The notes under the pieces: generated by a model
Told to the model about the DNA's origin: nothing
The model's database searches: none
What the model saw: the letters and a program-made list of their open reading frames with translations, nothing else
Program-made: the position numbers and the translations under genes
Shown: piece after piece, positions 59,771 to 64,000 of the stretch
Position numbering within the stretch: the first letter of the stretch is position 1
Layout: every line of letters starts with the position of its first letter
Assembly (NCBI GenBank): GCA_963748215.1
Contig: CAVVHS010000007.1
Coordinates: 1 to 64,000, forward strand
Length of the DNA stretch: 64,000 bases
Direction of reading: 5' to 3'
Origin: an uncultured Gammaproteobacteria bacterium
GTDB taxonomy: Bacteria; Pseudomonadota; Gammaproteobacteria; UBA9214

Positions 59771-61213
59771 CTATTCTAATCCCTCGGCTTTCTGCAGTTC
59801 CTTGAGACGTGCAATCCGTGCCTGTATCACGGCTGCCTGGTAATCAGTCAGACCGTCTGACTTCTCCGCAAGTTCCATCTGCTCGATGGCCTTGGTGGTG
59901 TAACCGTTCAGAAAATAGTATTGCCCCATGGCCGTATGGGTTTGTACCGGGCGGTTGGTCAGGCCTGCAGCCTGGGCCAGTAACTTGTAGACCTGCGGGT
60001 TATCCGAGCGGGTGCTGGCATCGGATAGCAGGTCATAGGTCTTGTCGGGCTGTGCGCTGGCAAGCAGTGAGCTGGCGTAGGGCAGTAGCACGGTCAGCTC
60101 GCCCGGATAGAGTTTAAGTGTGTCCTGGTAGATGGCCTGTGCCTTGTCGAAGCGTTGCAATTTGTTGAGCACGCCGCCCAGCGCCAGCCGGTAGGCGATG
60201 CGATCCGGGTCGGCCATGGAAAGTTGCTCGAGTACACTGACTGCGTCCTGCTGGCGGTCATTGGCCGACAGCAGCAGGGCGTATTCATAGCGTTCGGCCG
60301 CCGTGTCACCGCCGGACTTGCCGTGGTAGCGCTGGAAATCGGCCAGAACCTGGCTTGGATTCTGGTAGGTGTTCACACGCAGGCGGGCGCGCAGCAACTG
60401 GAATTCGAGGTCGTCCGGTACATTGATTTTGCCAAGCGAGGCGGCGCGTGTTTCGGCTTCGGCTATGCGATTGGTGGTGACCGGGTGGGTGCTGAGAAAC
60501 TCGGGTGGTTGCGTTCCGTACAGCTTGGAGTTTTTCTGCAGGCGCTCGAAGAAAAGGCCCATGCCCTTGGGGTCGAAGCTGGCATCGGCGAGGGTCTGAA
60601 TGCCCACCCGGTCGGCTTCCTGTTCATTGGCGCGGGTAAAATTGATCTGCTGCTGCAGGCTGGCCGCCGAGGCGGCGGTCAGGGCGGCAGCGCCGGCCTG
60701 ACCGTTCTGCGTGCCGATCAGGATGGCCGCCAGTATGGCGGCCGTGGTCGGCAGGCTGAGTTTGTCGGCGGCTTCGAAGGCGCGTGCCAGGTGACGCTGG
60801 GTGACGTGGGCGATTTCATGGGCGAGCACGGCCGCCAGTTCGCTTTCCGATTCCGCGGCCACGAACAGGCCCACGTTCACGCCGATATGGCCGCCCGGTC
60901 CGGCGAAGGCATTGATGCGTTCGTCATTGACCATGAAAAAGGTGAATGCGTGGCCCGGGTTTTCGCTGTGCATGCTCAGCCGGCGGCCAAGGTTTTGCAG
61001 GTAGCTGGTGGTTTCCACGTCGTCCAGGATCAGGTCCGACTGGCGCAATTCGCGCATGAAGGCGGCACCGAGCGCCTGGTCCTGCTGCGGGCTGTAGATT
61101 CGGCCCGCGGCTTCGCCCAGGCTGGGCAGGTCGTTGAAACCGGACTGCGCGAGGGCAAAGGGGCAGTACAGGGCCAGCAACAGGCTGGCCCGGCGTCGGG
61201 TTGAACGTCTCAT
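59771..61213 (-). CDS. bepA: M48 family metalloprotease BepA/YfgC
   Basis: INAFA.PGG, LAHEIAHVTQRH, EQEADR, EFLSTHP, C-terminal TPRs. Confidence 0.9.
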   Translation of the reverse strand: MRRSTRRRASLLLALYCPFALAQSGFNDLPSLGEAAGRIYSPQQDQALGAAFMRELRQSDLILDDVETTSYLQNLGRRLSMHSENPGHAFTFFMVNDERINAFAGPGGHIGVNVGLFVAAESESELAAVLAHEIAHVTQRHLARAFEAADKLSLPTTAAILAAILIGTQNGQAGAAALTAASAASLQQQINFTRANEQEADRVGIQTLADASFDPKGMGLFFERLQKNSKLYGTQPPEFLSTHPVTTNRIAEAETRAASLGKINVPDDLEFQLLRARLRVNTYQNPSQVLADFQRYHGKSGGDTAAERYEYALLLSANDRQQDAVSVLEQLSMADPDRIAYRLALGGVLNKLQRFDKAQAIYQDTLKLYPGELTVLLPYASSLLASAQPDKTYDLLSDASTRSDNPQVYKLLAQAAGLTNRPVQTHTAMGQYYFLNGYTTKAIEQMELAEKSDGLTDYQAAVIQARIARLKELQKAEGLE

Positions 61214-61422
61214 TTGACCTGGATTAACCTCATAACGACCCATTAAGACAGGAAAACCCCTCGCGGGTTCAGTCATTTTCCCGTCGTGGCCGGTAAATCT
61301 CCCCGTTGGGGGTCTTGCCTTACGGGGCCTGTTGGCATAAGTTATCGACCCTATTCTAATATCATAATCAACGATCCGCAGTGCCGGGTCTAGAAAAAGT
61401 GGTAACTAACAGGAGAGACGCA

Positions 61423-61653
61423 ATGGCGGACTTTGATGATGAGCTGGATGCAACCGGGCTGAACTGCCCGCTGCCGATTTTACGCGCCAAGAAGGCCCTG
61501 AATGGCATGGAGACTGGTAAGGTGCTACGCATCATTGCGACCGATCCGGGCTCCGTAAAGGACTTCGAGGCCTTTGCCAAGCAGACCGGTAACGAGCTGA
61601 TGTCCTCGACGGAAGAGGGCGGCAAGTTCATGTTCCTGATGCGCAAGGGCTGA
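61423..61653 (+). CDS. tusA: TusA/SirA family sulfurtransferase
   Basis: LDATGLNCPLPILRAKKAL, ATDPGSVKDF. Confidence 0.93.
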   Translation: MADFDDELDATGLNCPLPILRAKKALNGMETGKVLRIIATDPGSVKDFEAFAKQTGNELMSSTEEGGKFMFLMRKG

Positions 61654-61682
61654 TACCTGAAGCACGTTCAGAACACTGAATA

Positions 61683-61712
61683 AAAAAACCCCGGCCACTG
61701 GCCGGGGTTTTT
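61683..61712. terminator. Bidirectional terminator
   Basis: aaaaaccccggcca-c-tggccggggttttt between convergent genes. Confidence 0.85.
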
Positions 61713-61740
61713 GTTTATGCAATGCTCAAGCTTCAGGTCA

Positions 61741-63069
61741 TCAGAACTTCCAGTTCGCCTGGGCGCTGATGATGTCGACCGAGGCGTCGTACTCGCCGTT
61801 GACGCGGTGTATGCCTTCGACGAACGGCACGGCCGAACTGTAGGCATCAGTGCTTTTAATGTCCGTATCGTCGATAAACAGGTGTGCATAACCGACGTCA
61901 AAGCTCAGCTGCCTCGAATGCTTGTAGCCGGCGCCAAGTGCAAACCAGAGGCGATCCTCGTCAGGCAGCGCGGCCGGGCGAAACTCCGGGCTGGATACCG
62001 GGGTTTCGTCAAACGCCAGACCGCCGCGGAACGTCCATTTCTCGTCATGCTTGTAGCTGGTGCCGACCGATACGCGTGTGCTGTCTTCCCAGTGCAGCGG
62101 GATGGTGTTGGTATTGCCGGTGCCGAAGCGCGCGACCAGGGCATCGATTTTGCTCCACTGCGTCCACATGACATCGGCCATCACCGCCCATTGCGGGTTG
62201 AGCTCGTGCCAGGCACTGAGCAGCAGGCTGTTCGGCAACGAGGCATCGACCTTCGCACCGGTGCTGGGCTGTACAACACTGGTTGATGCGAGGTCGCCGT
62301 CAAGCTCGACATCGACCTTGGAGCGATAGGCCAGTCCAAGGCGGGTATGCTTGGAGGGCTCAAGCAGCACACCGAAGTTGAAACCGAAGCCCCAGTCATC
62401 CACGTCGATCTTGCCGATGCCGTCGGACGTGGCCGCGCCGCCGGTCAGATAGACGTCATCAATCGCGTTCTCCAGGATAAGGTTGGCATACATGGCGCTT
62501 ACGCCGAAGCCGATCGAGGCATGTTCGTTGACCCGAAATGACAGGGTCGGGTTCAGGTTGACCGTGGTGATTTCCGACTCGATGGCGGAATAACGTCCGA
62601 CCCAGCCAGAGCCATATTCTGTTTTCAGGCCAAAGGGCACATTGACGCTCAAACCGAGATTCCACCTGTTGTTGAGTTCCTGCACGTAGGTGAAGTGCGG
62701 CACGTAACCCGTGACGCCGCCGTCGGTGTCGTTGTCAGGTCCGGGTGCGACCGGTGTGCCCGGTACGCCGGGGTAGAGGGGGTTATAGGTTACACTGCCG
62801 CTGAAGTCAGATTCCGGTATGACGACATGCAGGCCGGCGGAGAGCTGCCTGCCTTCCAGTCGCGCCATGCTGGCCGGGTTGAAGAATACTGTCGAGGCAT
62901 CCTCTGAAATCGAGCCGGCACCGGCATAGGCAGTGCCCATGCTGCTCACGCTTTGTTCAATCAGTGCAAAACCAGCGGAAAAGACAGGGGTCATTGCCAG
63001 AGACAGCAGTCCGGCGATACTGATTGCGCAACTGCGACGGGCAACAGGGTGGTACGTGGCCATCTTCAT
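61741..63069 (-). CDS. OmpP1/FadL/TodX family outer-membrane transporter
   Basis: AGFALIEQS..MGTAYAG, DASTVFFNPA, PFGLKTEY, LPDEDR, terminal Phe. Confidence 0.92.
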   Translation of the reverse strand: MKMATYHPVARRSCAISIAGLLSLAMTPVFSAGFALIEQSVSSMGTAYAGAGSISEDASTVFFNPASMARLEGRQLSAGLHVVIPESDFSGSVTYNPLYPGVPGTPVAPGPDNDTDGGVTGYVPHFTYVQELNNRWNLGLSVNVPFGLKTEYGSGWVGRYSAIESEITTVNLNPTLSFRVNEHASIGFGVSAMYANLILENAIDDVYLTGGAATSDGIGKIDVDDWGFGFNFGVLLEPSKHTRLGLAYRSKVDVELDGDLASTSVVQPSTGAKVDASLPNSLLLSAWHELNPQWAVMADVMWTQWSKIDALVARFGTGNTNTIPLHWEDSTRVSVGTSYKHDEKWTFRGGLAFDETPVSSPEFRPAALPDEDRLWFALGAGYKHSRQLSFDVGYAHLFIDDTDIKSTDAYSSAVPFVEGIHRVNGEYDASVDIISAQANWKF

Positions 63070-63338
63070 CTCCTCTCCAGGTTGGGTAGCGTACGGGGAG
63101 AAGGTCTGCCTTTATATTCATCTACAAAATCCGGCGACTGCCTTGCCGAATATTTGCCATCCCCCCGAACAGTGTTGCATACACTACTGCACACGCTGTA
63201 ATTAAACAACACTTTCTGTTGACAACCTGATAACCCTTTGTCACAGTTGCCGCAGTCAGTTTGCGCGGCTGTTGCTTCGGAACAACAATAAGCCGATTGG
63301 CGCGGACAGGACACACTTTAAATGCGAGGAGCACACAT

Positions 63339-64000
63339 ATGAACAGAACCCCGGGGTTATTCCGTGCAGCGGCATTCATTATTGGGATGGGATGCGCATC
63401 GTCAGCGTTCGCCACAGCCGGCTATTTCATGCTGGGTTACGGTGCCAAGTCCATGGGCATGGCCGGAGCCGTGGTATCCAATCCGCAGGACTCCATTGCT
63501 GCAGCCAGTAATCCCGCCGGCATGGCGCTGGTCGGTCAGCGTGTCGATGCCGGCCTGCGCTTTTTCAGCCCGATTCGCGAGGCCCAGATCGACACCTCGG
63601 CCTATGGCGCCACCTTTGACGTGGATGACAAGAGCCGGCGCAACCTGTTCCTGATTCCCAACATCGGGTTTACCCGCATGGTCAATGACCGCCTGTGGTG
63701 GGGTTTCACGGTCTTTGGCAACGGGGGCCTGAATTCCACATATGACCGCAACATATTTGACGAGACCTTTGTCGTGTTCGGTGCCTACGCCGGAGGTGGC
63801 CCCGCTGGAGCTGCCGCGATACCGGAAGGGACCACGACACCTGCCGCGACGACGTTCCCCGGTGGGCCACCATCGGCATCCGATCAGGTTGGCACGCTGG
63901 GTGTGGACCTGGCCCAGTCGATCCAGGCATTGAGCGTCGCGTTCAAGGCCAATGATGCGCACACCATCGGCGCCTCGCTGCTGGTCGGGGTGCAGCGCTT
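63339..64000 (+). CDS. Second FadL-family outer-membrane transporter (3' truncated)
   Basis: RBS gaggag, ATG 63339; frame open to window end: ATAGYFMLGYGAKSMGMAGA..NPAGM..FGNGGLNSTY..LGVDL. Absent from the ORF track because it has no stop. Confidence 0.88.
   Translation, partial: MNRTPGLFRAAAFIIGMGCASSAFATAGYFMLGYGAKSMGMAGAVVSNPQDSIAAASNPAGMALVGQRVDAGLRFFSPIREAQIDTSAYGATFDVDDKSRRNLFLIPNIGFTRMVNDRLWWGFTVFGNGGLNSTYDRNIFDETFVVFGAYAGGGPAGAAAIPEGTTTPAATTFPGGPPSASDQVGTLGVDLAQSIQALSVAFKANDAHTIGASLLVGVQR

Noticed and set aside
59771-61653. bepA-tusA adjacency as sox-specific
   Set aside because: Common gammaproteobacterial arrangement; not unusual.

Overview
High-GC bacterial chromosomal window, most consistent with a chemolithotrophic sulfur-oxidizing gammaproteobacterium. 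Left to right: a partial porin; a diheme cytochrome c; a TPR + CRTAC1/ASPIC-UnbV (FG-GAP) gene set interrupted by a lower-GC accessory patch that carries duplicated scars of a neighbouring gene's 3' end; TetR, NfeD/stomatin, DUF5062 and a DEDD/GIY-YIG nuclease; a two-component system with an EF-hand protein and two unannotated small membrane peptides; an RND efflux operon; the ccmABCDEFGHI cytochrome c maturation operon (two probable single-base frameshifts); a PAS sigma-54 activator; a sigma-54-driven 1761-aa decaheme cytochrome c with PKD/Ig-like stalk domains, surrounded by a PPIase, two TlpA thioredoxins, a decayed paralog fragment and a decayed rhodanese; cytochrome c5, HupE/UreJ, soxB, soxK-X-Y-Z-A (no soxCD in the window), bepA, tusA and two divergent FadL-family outer-membrane channels. 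Intergenic DNA holds two MITE families and several REP-like repeat families. The best candidate for an undescribed system is the giant multiheme cytochrome locus between ccm and sox. All family assignments are by motif recognition from the translations; no database search was run.
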